A stretch of DNA of 32,000 bases from Pseudoalteromonas tetraodonis (GCF_002310835.1 NZ_CP011042.1:240001-272000), one strand, 5' to 3'. Positions 17,601 to 27,666 are shown, counted from the stretch's first letter. Numbers and translations: made by a program. The notes: generated by a model not told the origin, from the sequence alone.

Positions 17601-18171
17601 CTTTGGTCCTAATGGCACCATAGACAACTTTTTCAATAGCTACGTAGCCCCGAGTGTGGACATGAGTTCAACCCCTTGGAAGTTTGAAAAAGATATTGGT
17701 ATTAGCAACAACACGTTAAAAATGTTCGAGCATGCTTACAAAATTCAAACCGCATTTTTTGACCGTGGTAGTAATACTCCAAGAATTGAGTTTGGCTTGC
17801 GTACCTTTAAATTAGATAAAACGGTCTCAAGCTTCATGATTGAAATTGATGGCCAATCTATGATTTATCGTCATGGTCCGCTTAAGGTGACCAATTTTGT
17901 TTGGCCTGGTGCAAGTGGTCAAAGCAAAACTCGAGTGGTGTTTACTCCACCAAATGGTGGGCGTTCAATTAACACCACCTACCAAGGTGAGTGGTCACTA
18001 TACAGAATGTTAGATGAACTGAGTGAAAAGCGAAGTAAAACGCGAGAAGACTTAGAGCTGCATTTCTCACTAATGGGTAACAATGCAAAAGTAGAATTAT
18101 TGCCGAGTTCAATCAGGCATCCTTTTTGGAATAGCAGTGTAGAGAAGTTCTCATGTCCGACCCGATTGTAG
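14662..18171 (+). CDS. tssM: T6SS membrane-complex subunit TssM (IcmF)
   Basis: About 1169 aa. N-terminal TM helices, Walker A GPPGAGKT, long IcmF periplasmic region. ATG 14662 with a GAGG RBS is preferred over the TTG 14629 extension, which overlaps tssL. Confidence 0.95.
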   Translation: MSFSQKFKKITYALTSRTAILIIGFLALSLLIWFGGPLIAVADYVPLAGVASRLLTILLVLLVFSVTKIYRLMQQNKRDEKMADELIDNNDANSSEVNEEITTLKTRMNEAIDLLKDVKLFKGKNIYQLPWYIMIGPPGAGKTTVIHNSGLDYPLKDKLGVDLVHGVGGTRNCDWWFTNKAVLIDTAGRYTTQSSHAKHDSRAWEGFLGLLRKHRPLRPINGVMISMGISELMSQTKTERNLHARAIKQRLQELQNQLGMTFPVYVIFSKVDLIEGFREFFAELTEEECEQVWGITFELDLDKDTQVDAFNKEFHALISKLTEMLNRRLINERNEAIRAKIFEFPRQLRVLQGVGDDFLKEIFTPNAYEELPMFRGVYLTSATQEGTPSSFLNDASAGKTDYINQSKSFFIKNVLESVIFPEQNLASTNKHHDKQNKWLRVASISAACVALLGFSVSWYFSFAWNSNLIDATDEAITTYQELDASSFDRNNLLVLNDRLNALRNLPATNSELINPEDASSVGFNKLTEIKESSTNAYKRSLQTYLEPFVANTLIKEMEAHPEHLSYLYETLKCYLMLFKPEYFESEDIVVWFSAYLDRNLPGDMNMQTRGELMNHISALLNEGITQTEIDNQAVRVARAELTKLPIAERAYQRLQADFLDSSIPPFRLTDIISFESAQKFTFRNNGDLTRSIPGLYTFNGFHGIFNIEKGKMLGNLMASSWVYGQEASGTYDISKAEIEKKLEQRYFQDYIYYWQSFLDDLSLNQYSSPAEGVNITDVLAGSEAPIKNIINAVKKNVQLTKLPVSENQKVAGDVAANAAKVAMQTKANRIKRFLPDEAPKFEIDLPGYQVEEAFEDIIDIDVQQLDNIQKNLRELNIYLTKLDRGDQLKYSIKDQISGKSKPSFIRQLEYQSSDLPYPFNSWLLDISRDTSNITKNSANRHLNEIWKSKVLREYNAAIVGRYPFAPQAEKEVSIKDFTRFFGPNGTIDNFFNSYVAPSVDMSSTPWKFEKDIGISNNTLKMFEHAYKIQTAFFDRGSNTPRIEFGLRTFKLDKTVSSFMIEIDGQSMIYRHGPLKVTNFVWPGASGQSKTRVVFTPPNGGRSINTTYQGEWSLYRMLDELSEKRSKTREDLELHFSLMGNNAKVELLPSSIRHPFWNSSVEKFSCPTRL

Positions 18172-18881
18172 ATATTGGTTATCTTGGCAAAGTCCCTTGT
18201 TTAGGCGACTTTGTTCAAGATAATGTTACTAAAGAGTTTTCAGAGCATTGGGAGCAATGGCTTCAGGCTGCCATTGCTGTAAGTAAAGAACAGCTTGGTG
18301 ATGTTTGGCAAGAAAACTATTTAACAGGTCCCGTTTGGCATTTTGCCTTAAGCCCAAATATTGTGGGTGATACTGGCGTTATGGGCACGTTATTGCCAAG
18401 TATGGATGCTGTGGGGAGGCATTATCCTCTCACGGTAACGCGAACAACACATATTGCTCCTGTCGATGTGCTTCATTCTGGTGTTTTTTCGTTGGAGTAC
18501 GAAGATGCAGTACTCAAAGTACTTGATGGCTCCGTTGATTTATTTTCTTGGCGTAAAGAGTTAGCTAATACTTTGAGCGAAATTACTTCAACTAAAAAGC
18601 AAGTTAGTTTTGCAAACTCGCTAGATAAGAATAAACAGGCTACAGCATTGGAGTTTTCTGGTACCGAATTAAGTGATCACATTTTACAAGATACCATGCA
18701 TGCCATTTTATATAAAAAGTATGGTGATTACAGTGTTTGGTGGACTCATGGCTCATGCAATATTAAGCCTATGGTGTTGATCACTTCGGCTCTACCGCCT
18801 GTAAATCAAGTGGCCGCTATGCTAGATGGACGATGGAAACATTGGGAATGGAATTTTACACAGGTAAAAAATAGTGATTAA
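18153..18881 (+). CDS. tagF: T6SS-associated regulator TagF (DUF2094)
   Basis: 242 aa. N-terminal YLGKVPCLGDFV motif characteristic of TagF. Overlaps the tssM end by 19 nt. Confidence 0.85.
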   Translation: MSDPIVDIGYLGKVPCLGDFVQDNVTKEFSEHWEQWLQAAIAVSKEQLGDVWQENYLTGPVWHFALSPNIVGDTGVMGTLLPSMDAVGRHYPLTVTRTTHIAPVDVLHSGVFSLEYEDAVLKVLDGSVDLFSWRKELANTLSEITSTKKQVSFANSLDKNKQATALEFSGTELSDHILQDTMHAILYKKYGDYSVWWTHGSCNIKPMVLITSALPPVNQVAAMLDGRWKHWEWNFTQVKNSD

Positions 18882-19671
18882 TAATTTAAGCTCAAGTTAT
18901 GCCATTACCCACCGAGGTGCTGTTAGGCAACTTAACGAAGACGCGCATGTAGAAATTAACAGCCATAATTTATGGGTAGTAGCTGATGGTATGGGAGGAC
19001 ATGAAGCGGGTGAAGTTGCCAGCCAATTAGTTGTTGATGTTATAAGAACCCATGTTGAAAAGTTTAAACTAGAAGATTTAAACGTCAGTGACATTGTTAA
19101 AGCCATTGAAGATGCAAATAAACAATTAACTGAATATAGCGCGCAATACTTAAGCAACAAAACAGCGGGCAGCACGGTGACAGCTTTGTTTGTTAAAAAT
19201 GAGCGCTATTACATTTTATGGGTTGGCGACAGCAGAGCTTATTTGTTGCGCAATAGTAAGTTGACTCAAGTTTCTAGAGATCATAGCCAAGTTAACGACT
19301 TAATAGATGAAGGAATGATTTCTGTTGAAGAAGCTAAAAATCATCCACTATCTAATGTAATTACCCGTGCCGTAGGAGTAATGGATGAAGTAAAAGTTGA
19401 TATTGTTGAAGGGGATATAAACACAGGCGATATATTTTTACTGTGCTCAGATGGTCTTACTGGCGAGTTATCAGATGAAGAAATATGTTTGTCATTAGAG
19501 CCCTCTAGTATTATTGATTCAGGAATGGCGTTAATGCATTCTTCGTTAGTCAGAGGAGCCAAAGATAACGTGACCTGTATTTTAGTAAAATATGATGATG
19601 TGGATGCCAATCAATCGATACAATCTTGCAATTTGCAAGATGAGGCAACGATTCCATTGTTCACTAAGTAG
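18874..19671 (+). CDS. pppA: PP2C-family Ser/Thr phosphatase PppA
   Basis: 265 aa. PP2C motifs RQLNEDA, VADGMGGH, GDSRAYL, CSDGL, GAKDNVT. GTG start overlaps the tagF stop by 8 nt. Confidence 0.9.
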   Translation: MINNLSSSYAITHRGAVRQLNEDAHVEINSHNLWVVADGMGGHEAGEVASQLVVDVIRTHVEKFKLEDLNVSDIVKAIEDANKQLTEYSAQYLSNKTAGSTVTALFVKNERYYILWVGDSRAYLLRNSKLTQVSRDHSQVNDLIDEGMISVEEAKNHPLSNVITRAVGVMDEVKVDIVEGDINTGDIFLLCSDGLTGELSDEEICLSLEPSSIIDSGMALMHSSLVRGAKDNVTCILVKYDDVDANQSIQSCNLQDEATIPLFTK

Positions 19672-19796
19672 CTGATTAAGCCCGTTTTAGTATAATCAAG
19701 AAAAAAAGTTGTAAATAAATCAGGAACAAAAAAACTGTTATTTCAATTATTTATAAAATAACATTAGCCAGCTTATCGGCATAATAGCGTCAAGGC

Positions 19797-19827
19797 TTGT
19801 AATTTAATTTAAAGAATGTAATATAAT
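19797..19827 (+). promoter_or_regulatory. Candidate sigma70 promoter for the tssA operon
   Basis: TTGTAA (19797-19802), then TGTAATATAAT, which offers TAATAT (16-nt spacer) or TATAAT (19-nt spacer). About 50 nt upstream of ATG 19875. Motif match only. Confidence 0.3.
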
Positions 19828-19874
19828 TTCCGCTTTGCTTCTTAGAGCACATGGATAATATTTAGGACAATGGA

Positions 19875-20990
19875 ATGTTTTTATTTGAAGAGTATATTTC
19901 CCCTATTTCAGATGCTGAGTTTGCAGGTATTGATCCGCGCTCAGACGTCTCTCCAACGTCTACTTACTATGCCTTAAAAGATTTAAGAAACCAACTTCGT
20001 GCGGCTGAAAGAAATGCCTTAGTCGATGAAGAGGGAATTGCTTCACTTTCGCGAGATTGGCTGCCATTACTTGAACAATGCAGTGAGGCAGTTAAAAGCG
20101 AAAGCAAGGATATTGAATACCTTGCATGGCTAATTGAAGGTTTATGCCGCGTTCACGGGTTTAAAGGAATAGCGTTTGGTTTTAGTGTTGCTAAGCACCT
20201 TTTGGAACACCATTTTGAATCCCTTTATCCAACACTTGATGACGGTGATGAAATTTCAGACAAAGTGTCTGCCTTAGTTGGCTTAAATGGTACAGCCGGT
20301 GAAGGCACGTTGATCATCCCAATAAAAAGCATTTATATGACAGACAGTGTCAGTATGGATCCTTTTTCTTTTTGGGAGTATCAGCAAGGGTATGATATTT
20401 CGCGTTTAAATGATGAAAAGCGCGAAAAGAAAATAGCCCAAGGCGCAGTTGATTTTGAGCAATTAGAAAAAAGTGCCGCTGAGACCAGTACCGAATTTTT
20501 TGTGTCTTTAAAAAACGATATTGAAGATGCGATAGAGCAGTTTGCTGCCTTGAGCGAAGTTATGGATGAGGTGACAGGTGAGCCACAACCGACGTCTAAC
20601 ATCAAACAAGCATTAGAAGTGAGCTTAGCGGCGGTAAAACACGTAGCAGCAGATAAGCTTGAAGCAGCGCAAACTGCACTAGATAAAGCTAACGCTGAGC
20701 CTGAAGAGGAACTCGTTGAGGATGCGATTCAAGCTGACTCAGAGCAACCTAAAAAGCTTAGCAGTGATGAGATTAATTCAAGAGAAAACGCAATTAAGAA
20801 ACTTCAAGAAATTGCGACTTTTTTCAGAAAGACTGAACCTCATTCACCGATGTCTTACACGATAGAACAAGTTATTCGATGGAGCGAATTATCGCTACCT
20901 GAGTTATTAAATGAGTTAATTACAGATAGTGATGCTAGGACTGGATACTTTAAGTTGTCTGGCATTAAGATCAGCGAAACTGAAACATAG
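19875..20990 (+). CDS. tssA: T6SS protein TssA (short ImpA-type)
   Basis: 371 aa. ImpA_N-like N-terminus (GIDPRSDVSPTSTYYALKDLRNQLRAAER), acidic linker, short C-terminal domain. Confidence 0.85.
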   Translation: MFLFEEYISPISDAEFAGIDPRSDVSPTSTYYALKDLRNQLRAAERNALVDEEGIASLSRDWLPLLEQCSEAVKSESKDIEYLAWLIEGLCRVHGFKGIAFGFSVAKHLLEHHFESLYPTLDDGDEISDKVSALVGLNGTAGEGTLIIPIKSIYMTDSVSMDPFSFWEYQQGYDISRLNDEKREKKIAQGAVDFEQLEKSAAETSTEFFVSLKNDIEDAIEQFAALSEVMDEVTGEPQPTSNIKQALEVSLAAVKHVAADKLEAAQTALDKANAEPEEELVEDAIQADSEQPKKLSSDEINSRENAIKKLQEIATFFRKTEPHSPMSYTIEQVIRWSELSLPELLNELITDSDARTGYFKLSGIKISETET

Positions 20991-21005
20991 TAAAAGGAGT
21001 TCTCA

Positions 21006-21509
21006 ATGAGTATCCATGATAAGTTAAAACGAGTTCGTAAACCTAGAGTACATATCACTTATGATGTGGAAACTGAGGGCGCGGCAGTAAAAAAAGAATT
21101 ACCCTTTGTAGTGGGTGTAATGGGCGATTTTTCTGGTGATAATACAGAAGCGCTTAAGCCACTAAAAGATAGACGTTTTATTCAAATTGATCGTGATAAC
21201 TTTAATGATGTTTTAAAGCGTATGAGCCCATCTCTACGTTTAAAAGTAGACAACACATTAACGGATGATGGTTCTCAGTTTGAAGTTAACTTGAACTTCA
21301 AATCGATTGACGATTTCGAGCCTGCAGCCGTTGTAAATCAAGTAGAGCCGTTACGCAAATTGATGGAAACGCGTAACAAGCTTCGTGACTTGATGACGAA
21401 GATTGACCGCTCAGAAGAACTTGAAAACGTACTAGAAGAAGTATTAAGCAACACAGCAAGCTTAGACTCGATGGCGAAAGAACTTAACTTAGAGGAGACT
21501 GATAAATGA
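21006..21509 (+). CDS. tssB: T6SS contractile sheath small subunit TssB
   Basis: 167 aa. [28 protein letters not shown] hallmark. ATGA overlap with tssC. Confidence 0.95.
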   Translation: MSIHDKLKRVRKPRVHITYDVETEGAAVKKELPFVVGVMGDFSGDNTEALKPLKDRRFIQIDRDNFNDVLKRMSPSLRLKVDNTLTDDGSQFEVNLNFKSIDDFEPAAVVNQVEPLRKLMETRNKLRDLMTKIDRSEELENVLEEVLSNTASLDSMAKELNLEETDK

Positions 21510-22996
21510 GCACTGAACAATTAGCAACAGAATCAGAATCAGTAGCAGAAGTTAGTTCTTCACTTTTAGAGCAAGCAATCGGTGCGACTAAACAAACAGA
21601 GTCAAGCCGTGCTGAAGAGTTACTGAAAACGTTAACTGAAGAAGCATTAAAAGGCACAGTTCAATGGAACAAAAACATGACTGTGACGTTTAATGAAGCA
21701 ATTCAATTAATCGATCAAAAAATCTCAAAGCAGTTAAGTGTCGTAATGCACACGGATGAGTTTCAAAAACTTGAAGGCTCATGGCGCGGATTACATCACT
21801 TAGTGATGAATTCTGAAACTAGCTCAACATTAAAAATTCGTGTTTTAAACATGAAAAAGAAAGAGCTGCATAAAGACTTAAGTAAAGCTGTTGAGTTTGA
21901 TCAAAGCCAAACCTTTAAGAAAATATATGAGTCAGAATTTGGTACCCCAGGTGGTGAACCGTATGGCACGATTGTAGGTGACTTTGAATTTACTAATCAC
22001 CCAGAAGATGTTGAAACATTAAGCTTAATGTCTAATGTTGCAGCTGCTGGTTTCTGTCCATTTATTGCCGCATCATCACCGTCGTTATTTGGTTTTGATA
22101 ATTGGGAAGAATTAACTAAGCCACGTGATTTAGAAAAAGTGTTTGAATCACTAGAATACACTAAATGGCGTTCATTTAGAGACAGCGATGATTCACGCTT
22201 TGTATCACTTACTATGCCGCGTTTCCTTTCGCGTTTACCTTATGGTGCAGCGTCAAAACCAGTTGAAGAATTTAACTACGAAGAGTTTGAAGTTGAAGCG
22301 AAAGATGGCCGTTCAGTTAGTACTGATAATAGTGATTATTGTTGGAGTAATGCCGCATACGCTATGGCAACAAACATGACCGCTGCTTTCTCTCAATATG
22401 GTTTCTGTACTGCTATTCGTGGCGCAGAGGGTGGTGGTAAAGTAGAAGGCTTACCAACGCACATATTTACGAGTGATGATGGCGATCCAGATCTTAAATG
22501 TCCAACAGAAATTGGCATTACAGACCGTCGTGAGGCCGAGCTAAGCCAGTTAGGTTTCTTGCCTTTATGTCACTATAAAAACACTGATTATGCTGTTTTC
22601 TTTGGTGGCCAAAGCTGTCAAAAACCAAAAATCTACTCAACACCTGATGCAACCGCTAATGCTGCCATTTCAGCACGCTTACCTTACTTAATGGCGACTT
22701 CTCGTTTTGCTCATTACCTTAAAGTAATGGCGCGCGATAAAATTGGTAGCTTTATGGAAGCCGAAGACGTTGAATCATGGTTAAACCGTTGGATTCTGTC
22801 TTATGTAAATGCGACAGAGGGCGGTGGTCAAGATATTAGAGCACGTTACCCTCTTGCTGATGCGAAAGTATCTGTAAAAGAGATCCCAGGACAACCTGGT
22901 GCTTATAACGCTGTTGCTTGGCTTAAACCTTGGTTACAAATGGAAGAGCTTACTTCTTCTTTACGCCTTGTAGCTAAAATCCCAGAGATCGGTTAA
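21506..22996 (+). CDS. tssC: T6SS contractile sheath large subunit TssC
   Basis: 496 aa. [47 protein letters not shown] motifs typical of TssC/VipB. Confidence 0.95.
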   Translation: MSTEQLATESESVAEVSSSLLEQAIGATKQTESSRAEELLKTLTEEALKGTVQWNKNMTVTFNEAIQLIDQKISKQLSVVMHTDEFQKLEGSWRGLHHLVMNSETSSTLKIRVLNMKKKELHKDLSKAVEFDQSQTFKKIYESEFGTPGGEPYGTIVGDFEFTNHPEDVETLSLMSNVAAAGFCPFIAASSPSLFGFDNWEELTKPRDLEKVFESLEYTKWRSFRDSDDSRFVSLTMPRFLSRLPYGAASKPVEEFNYEEFEVEAKDGRSVSTDNSDYCWSNAAYAMATNMTAAFSQYGFCTAIRGAEGGGKVEGLPTHIFTSDDGDPDLKCPTEIGITDRREAELSQLGFLPLCHYKNTDYAVFFGGQSCQKPKIYSTPDATANAAISARLPYLMATSRFAHYLKVMARDKIGSFMEAEDVESWLNRWILSYVNATEGGGQDIRARYPLADAKVSVKEIPGQPGAYNAVAWLKPWLQMEELTSSLRLVAKIPEIG

Positions 22997-23033
22997 TAAT
23001 ACCGCTCTCTCGCATTAAGGATGATGCAATAGA

Positions 23034-24560
23034 ATGAATCACGAAGAGTTTTCATTTATCAATCAAGACTTCACTTTTCAACAAAAGTCGCAGTCTCGAA
23101 TAAGTGATAATGACGCTTTACTCGATAGGTTTTTGAACGAAAAAAACCTAGATAAAGCGTTATTATTATGGCTTGAAGGCTCTTCTGATTCTCCACTTTC
23201 TTGGAATAAGGAGTCATTGAGTCCTTATTTACAGCGTGTGATCATTGAACTCGATCAACTGATTTCTTCACAACTCAATCATATAATTCATGCAAAAAGC
23301 TTTCAAAATTTAGAAGCTAGTTGGCGAAATCTATGGTGGCTATTATTACAAACAGAGCAACAAGACAAAGAAAAAAAAGTAAAAGTTAAATTGCTTAATT
23401 GTGACTGGCCAACGCTCTCAAAAGACGTAAATAAAGCGATAGATTTCGATCAAAGTACGTTTTTTCAATTACTCTATCAAAACGAATTTGACAGTGCCGG
23501 CGGCGAGCCCTTTGGTATTGTGATTGGTGATTATGAAATTAGTAATGGTTGCTCAGCGGGCACTATTTATAACGATATAGATACGATTAAAGAAGTGTCA
23601 AGAACGGCTGCCGCCGCATTTTCTCCTTTTATATGTTCAGCATCGGCTAACTTATTTGGCGCAGATAGCTTTTCAGATTTAGGTTATTACTCTGATTTAT
23701 TTAATCATTTTGAGCAGCCTGAATATATAAAATGGCAAAGCTTTAGAAAAATGGAAGAAGCTAGATTCATGGGTTTTACACTTCCTCATGTGCTAGTTAG
23801 GCCGCCTTATGCTAATGACGGTAAGCGCCATCAAGAATTCTATTTCAAAGAACAAATTATTAATCCAGAAACAGATATGCTGTGGGGAAATGCAGCCTAT
23901 CAATTTGTATCAACAATAATCAGAGCTTACTGCGATAGCGGCTGGTTTGGGCATATACGTGGTATAGAGCCAGGGAAAGTGTCAAAAGGCTTAGTCACAG
24001 GGCTAGCTCGCGATAGTTTTGCTAATGATACTTATCAAAAAGAAGCCAAGCCGCCACTGGATTTGTTAGTAACCAGTAAGTTTGAAAAGCAATTTTCTGA
24101 ACTCGGTTTTATCCCAGCCTCTTCGGTCACAAATACCGAACATATTGTTTTTTACAGTAATGCGTCGGTTCAAAAGACAAAAAATTACGATTCAAGCGCT
24201 GCTAATATCAATGCGCGCTTATCGTCTATGTTGCAATACATTTTATGTGTATCGCGCTTTGCGCACTATTTAAAATTATTGGCCCGAGACCGTGTAGGCT
24301 CTTACAGCACGGCTCAAGCGTGTGAAAGAGATTTACAAGCGTGGATCAATAACTACACAACCGCGTCAGACTCTGCGTCTGAGCACATTAGAAGTAAATA
24401 CCCACTCAGTAATGCAAAAATAAAAGTAAGTGAAAACAAGGCTAATCCGGGTCATTACTTTTCGGTTTTGCAGTTACAGCCTCATTTTCAGTTAGACCAA
24501 ATGGTCTCGAGTATTAAGTTAATAACAGAGCTCAGTCCTCATCATAAAATAAAGGAATAG
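23034..24560 (+). CDS. Second, divergent TssC-family sheath paralogue (ImpD-like)
   Basis: 508 aa. Collinear motif-for-motif with the upstream TssC ([47 protein letters not shown]) but strongly diverged elsewhere. Confidence 0.85.
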   Translation: MNHEEFSFINQDFTFQQKSQSRISDNDALLDRFLNEKNLDKALLLWLEGSSDSPLSWNKESLSPYLQRVIIELDQLISSQLNHIIHAKSFQNLEASWRNLWWLLLQTEQQDKEKKVKVKLLNCDWPTLSKDVNKAIDFDQSTFFQLLYQNEFDSAGGEPFGIVIGDYEISNGCSAGTIYNDIDTIKEVSRTAAAAFSPFICSASANLFGADSFSDLGYYSDLFNHFEQPEYIKWQSFRKMEEARFMGFTLPHVLVRPPYANDGKRHQEFYFKEQIINPETDMLWGNAAYQFVSTIIRAYCDSGWFGHIRGIEPGKVSKGLVTGLARDSFANDTYQKEAKPPLDLLVTSKFEKQFSELGFIPASSVTNTEHIVFYSNASVQKTKNYDSSAANINARLSSMLQYILCVSRFAHYLKLLARDRVGSYSTAQACERDLQAWINNYTTASDSASEHIRSKYPLSNAKIKVSENKANPGHYFSVLQLQPHFQLDQMVSSIKLITELSPHHKIKE

Positions 24561-24562
24561 TA

Positions 24563-25342
24563 ATGAAAAAAATACACAGTTTAATTCGCGAGGGAAAACT
24601 TGCTGATGCTTTATTATGTTGCGCTACAGAGTTGCAAGATGAGCCTTTAAATTTTGATATTAGAAGTCTTTATTCTGAATTACTTTGCATTAACGGTGAA
24701 CTTGAAAAAGCAGATAAACAGCTAGATTTTATGGTGCAAAAGAACCCTGAATTTGCTGTAGGTGCGGTTAACCTTAGGCATTTAATTCGCGCACAACAAT
24801 CGCGTGTAGATTTTTATCAAGGTAAGGGTATTCCTAAACTCTTTCATGAAGCTAATGAGCTAGACACCTTGTTCTTAAAAATGCACGTAGCCCTACTTGA
24901 AGGCGAAACATCTGAAGCGGCAACGCTTGCAAAACAAATGGAAGCACTTCGTCTTGAAAGCGTTGATGATGAGCATTCAGCAATTAGAGATTTAGATGAT
25001 AGCTTAAGCCCATATTTAGAAGTGCTAGGCACGAATGGCGAGTTTTACCTTGCAAACTTTAATGAAATTGAAGCATTAAAAGTAGAACCTGTAACGTCTT
25101 TATTAGAGAGCATCTGGTTACGCGTTGAGATCACTATCAAAGACGGTCCGTCAGGCACGGCACATTTACCGCTGGTTTATGCAAACTCAAATACTGAGCT
25201 GGAAAAGTTAGGTCAGGTTTCTGATTGGGATGAGCTACAAGATGAGTTTATTGTAGGTAAAGGAATGAAAATGTTATTTGTCAACGATGAAGCAATCACT
25301 ATTCCTAGTCTAAAAATCAACGCCGTTGAAACAGCAGAGTAA
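24563..25342 (+). CDS. tagJ: T6SS accessory protein TagJ (ImpE family, TPR-like N-terminus)
   Basis: 259 aa. N-terminal helical repeat (LIREGKLADALLCCATELQDEP...) and C-terminal beta domain (EFYLANFNEIEALKVEP...LESIWLRVEI) follow the ImpE architecture. Positioned between tssC' and tssE. Confidence 0.75.
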   Translation: MKKIHSLIREGKLADALLCCATELQDEPLNFDIRSLYSELLCINGELEKADKQLDFMVQKNPEFAVGAVNLRHLIRAQQSRVDFYQGKGIPKLFHEANELDTLFLKMHVALLEGETSEAATLAKQMEALRLESVDDEHSAIRDLDDSLSPYLEVLGTNGEFYLANFNEIEALKVEPVTSLLESIWLRVEITIKDGPSGTAHLPLVYANSNTELEKLGQVSDWDELQDEFIVGKGMKMLFVNDEAITIPSLKINAVETAE

Positions 25343-25357
25343 GTGCAATAAACGATT

Positions 25358-25843
25358 ATGATTGAACATAAGCAGCAACTCCAAGCATCTATTTTAGATA
25401 GGCTCATTGACGATGAGCCTGACTTTCAAGATGCGCCTTCTCGTACTGAGGGGATCAGCATTAGTGAGCTGAGAAAAAATGTGCGTAGAGACATAGAAGC
25501 GCTGCTAAATGCTCGAATTCAGTGGCATACCTGGCCATCACAATATGCTGAGTTGTCGACTTCGTGTTTATCATATGGTTTGCCTGACTTTTCGAGTATG
25601 TCTGTAAGCTCACACGAAGGGCGTGCACTTTTATGCGAAACCGTAAGAAATACAATTTTAAAATTTGAACCGCGGTTTATTGAGGTAGAAGTGTTTACCG
25701 ATGATGAAGTACCCGTGAACAGAGTATTAAACCTAAGGATTAACGCCTTGTTGTATGCCGATCCAGAACCTGAATTTATCAGCTTTGATTCTGAAGTTGA
25801 GCCGGTTAATTTAGGTATGAAGATTATTGAGGCCTCTTTATGA
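25358..25843 (+). CDS. tssE: T6SS baseplate subunit TssE (gp25-like)
   Basis: 161 aa. SILDRLIDDEP...LRKNVRRDIEALLNAR motif. ATGA overlap with tssF. Confidence 0.9.
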   Translation: MIEHKQQLQASILDRLIDDEPDFQDAPSRTEGISISELRKNVRRDIEALLNARIQWHTWPSQYAELSTSCLSYGLPDFSSMSVSSHEGRALLCETVRNTILKFEPRFIEVEVFTDDEVPVNRVLNLRINALLYADPEPEFISFDSEVEPVNLGMKIIEASL

Positions 25844-27666
25844 ACGATGAGTTATTAAAGTACTACAACCGCGAACTAGCGTTTGTTCGCCACATGGGTA
25901 AAGACTTTTCTGAAAAGTACCCTAAAGTTGCTGGGCGATTAAAGTTAAGCGATGACCATATTGAAGACCCTCATGTATCTAGGCTAATCGAATCGTTCGC
26001 ATTTTTAACTGCTAATATTAGGCAAAAACTTGATGACAGCTTTCCTGAGCTAACTGATGCTCTATTGGGACAGATGCTGCCAGACTACCAAGCGCCTATC
26101 CCTTCTATGTCGGTGGTAAAATTAGAAGCTGAAAATCTGTCCACCACGGGTGTGGTCATTCCAAGAGGCAGTGAAGTAGAAACCAATGTTGAGTCGATGA
26201 AGCAATGTAAGTTTCAAACCTGTTACGAAACTTATTTATGGCCGGTTGAGATCACAAGTGCCCAATTTGATAATAGTCCGTTTGTTGCCCCTAAGCCTCG
26301 TTGGCATGAAAAAGCTAAGTCAATTTTCAAACTTGAGCTAACCGGTGAATATCCGGGTGTATCATTAGCTGAAACCGGGCTGGAAAAATTACGATTATTT
26401 ATAAATGGCCAATGGCATCATACGCTTAAAGTGTATGAACTATTATTTAAACACGCTATTGGTATTGCTTTTGATAATGGTGAAGAGGGTATAAAGTACC
26501 TTTCTAAAAACCAGTTAAAAGCCGTAGGCTTTGATGCAAATGAAGCGGTGGTGCCCTATTCGCAGCGCTCAAGTGCTGGTTATCGGTTACTGGTGGAAAA
26601 CTTTACCTTTCCGGAAAAGTTTCGCTTTGTTGAGCTTGAAAATATTCGTTCATCACTGCCTAAAAAGTCTAACAAATGCAGTGTGTATATTTATCTTGAT
26701 TCAGAGTCAACCGAGCTTGAAAAGCAAGTAGACAAAAATATGTTTTTAATGGGATGTACACCCATTATCAATATGTTTGAGCAAGAACTAGAACCGATTC
26801 GCCCTGAGCTGAGTGAATACGAATACCAATTAACACCACGCTATATGGACTCTGAAATCTCAGAGGTGATTGGTATCTCAGAAGTTATTGCGTTTGATCA
26901 CAAAGGGAACAAACAAATAGTGTGTCCTTTTTATGGGCAGACTCATCCACGATACCAAGGCCATGATGATTTATTTTGGCACATCCGCAGAGAAACCGCT
27001 TCTTGGGCCGGTGGCTATGTTGAGTCAGGTACGGAATCGTTTCTATCATTGGTAGATGCACGATTTGAAAATAGCGCTATGGATTATGCTGAAGGGAACA
27101 CGGTATTAACAGTACGTGCTAATTGCAGTAATCGAAACCTTCCTGCTAGCATGCCCTTTGGAGATGATGAACTCGGACTTTTAATGCCTGAACGTGGTGA
27201 TGTAATAAAAAAAATACGTTGTTTAATCCCATTTACTCATGCAGTTAGACCGATATTAGCCGATGCAACTCGTTGGCAATTAGTTAATCATTTAACCCTT
27301 GATGCGTTTAGTGGAGATGATGCATGTAACAAGCTTAAAGAAGTGTTACGGCTGTATGACTTTAGAGCTTCACCGCAAACAAAAGGCCTTATCGATAATA
27401 TTTACCGCGTGATTGTAGAACCAGCAACGGCGCGTGTTGTACAAAAAGGACGAGTAAGCTTCGCAACGGGAAGCGAAATAGAAATTACCTTTGCCAATGA
27501 TGATTTTTCGGGAAGTGGTATGTTTTTCTTTGCTTCTATCCTCGATCATTTCTTTGCACAATTTGCGGCAATCAATAGTTTCACGCGTGTTAGTTTAAGG
27601 CTCAAAGAACAAGAGCAAGTGTATTATCAATGGCCTGCTCGAGTTGGGGAAAGCCCGTTAATATGA
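25840..27666 (+). CDS. tssF: T6SS baseplate subunit TssF
   Basis: 608 aa. N-terminal LLKYYNRELAFVRHMGKDFSEKYPKVAGRL hallmark. Confidence 0.95.
   Translation: MNDELLKYYNRELAFVRHMGKDFSEKYPKVAGRLKLSDDHIEDPHVSRLIESFAFLTANIRQKLDDSFPELTDALLGQMLPDYQAPIPSMSVVKLEAENLSTTGVVIPRGSEVETNVESMKQCKFQTCYETYLWPVEITSAQFDNSPFVAPKPRWHEKAKSIFKLELTGEYPGVSLAETGLEKLRLFINGQWHHTLKVYELLFKHAIGIAFDNGEEGIKYLSKNQLKAVGFDANEAVVPYSQRSSAGYRLLVENFTFPEKFRFVELENIRSSLPKKSNKCSVYIYLDSESTELEKQVDKNMFLMGCTPIINMFEQELEPIRPELSEYEYQLTPRYMDSEISEVIGISEVIAFDHKGNKQIVCPFYGQTHPRYQGHDDLFWHIRRETASWAGGYVESGTESFLSLVDARFENSAMDYAEGNTVLTVRANCSNRNLPASMPFGDDELGLLMPERGDVIKKIRCLIPFTHAVRPILADATRWQLVNHLTLDAFSGDDACNKLKEVLRLYDFRASPQTKGLIDNIYRVIVEPATARVVQKGRVSFATGSEIEITFANDDFSGSGMFFFASILDHFFAQFAAINSFTRVSLRLKEQEQVYYQWPARVGESPLI

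Noticed and set aside
19736-19763. Hairpin TGTTATTT/AAATAACA after pppA as a terminator
   Set aside because: Only 8 A/T-dominated base pairs with a 12-nt loop and no following U-tract, so it is too weak to call a terminator. It is mentioned only in the operon-break finding.
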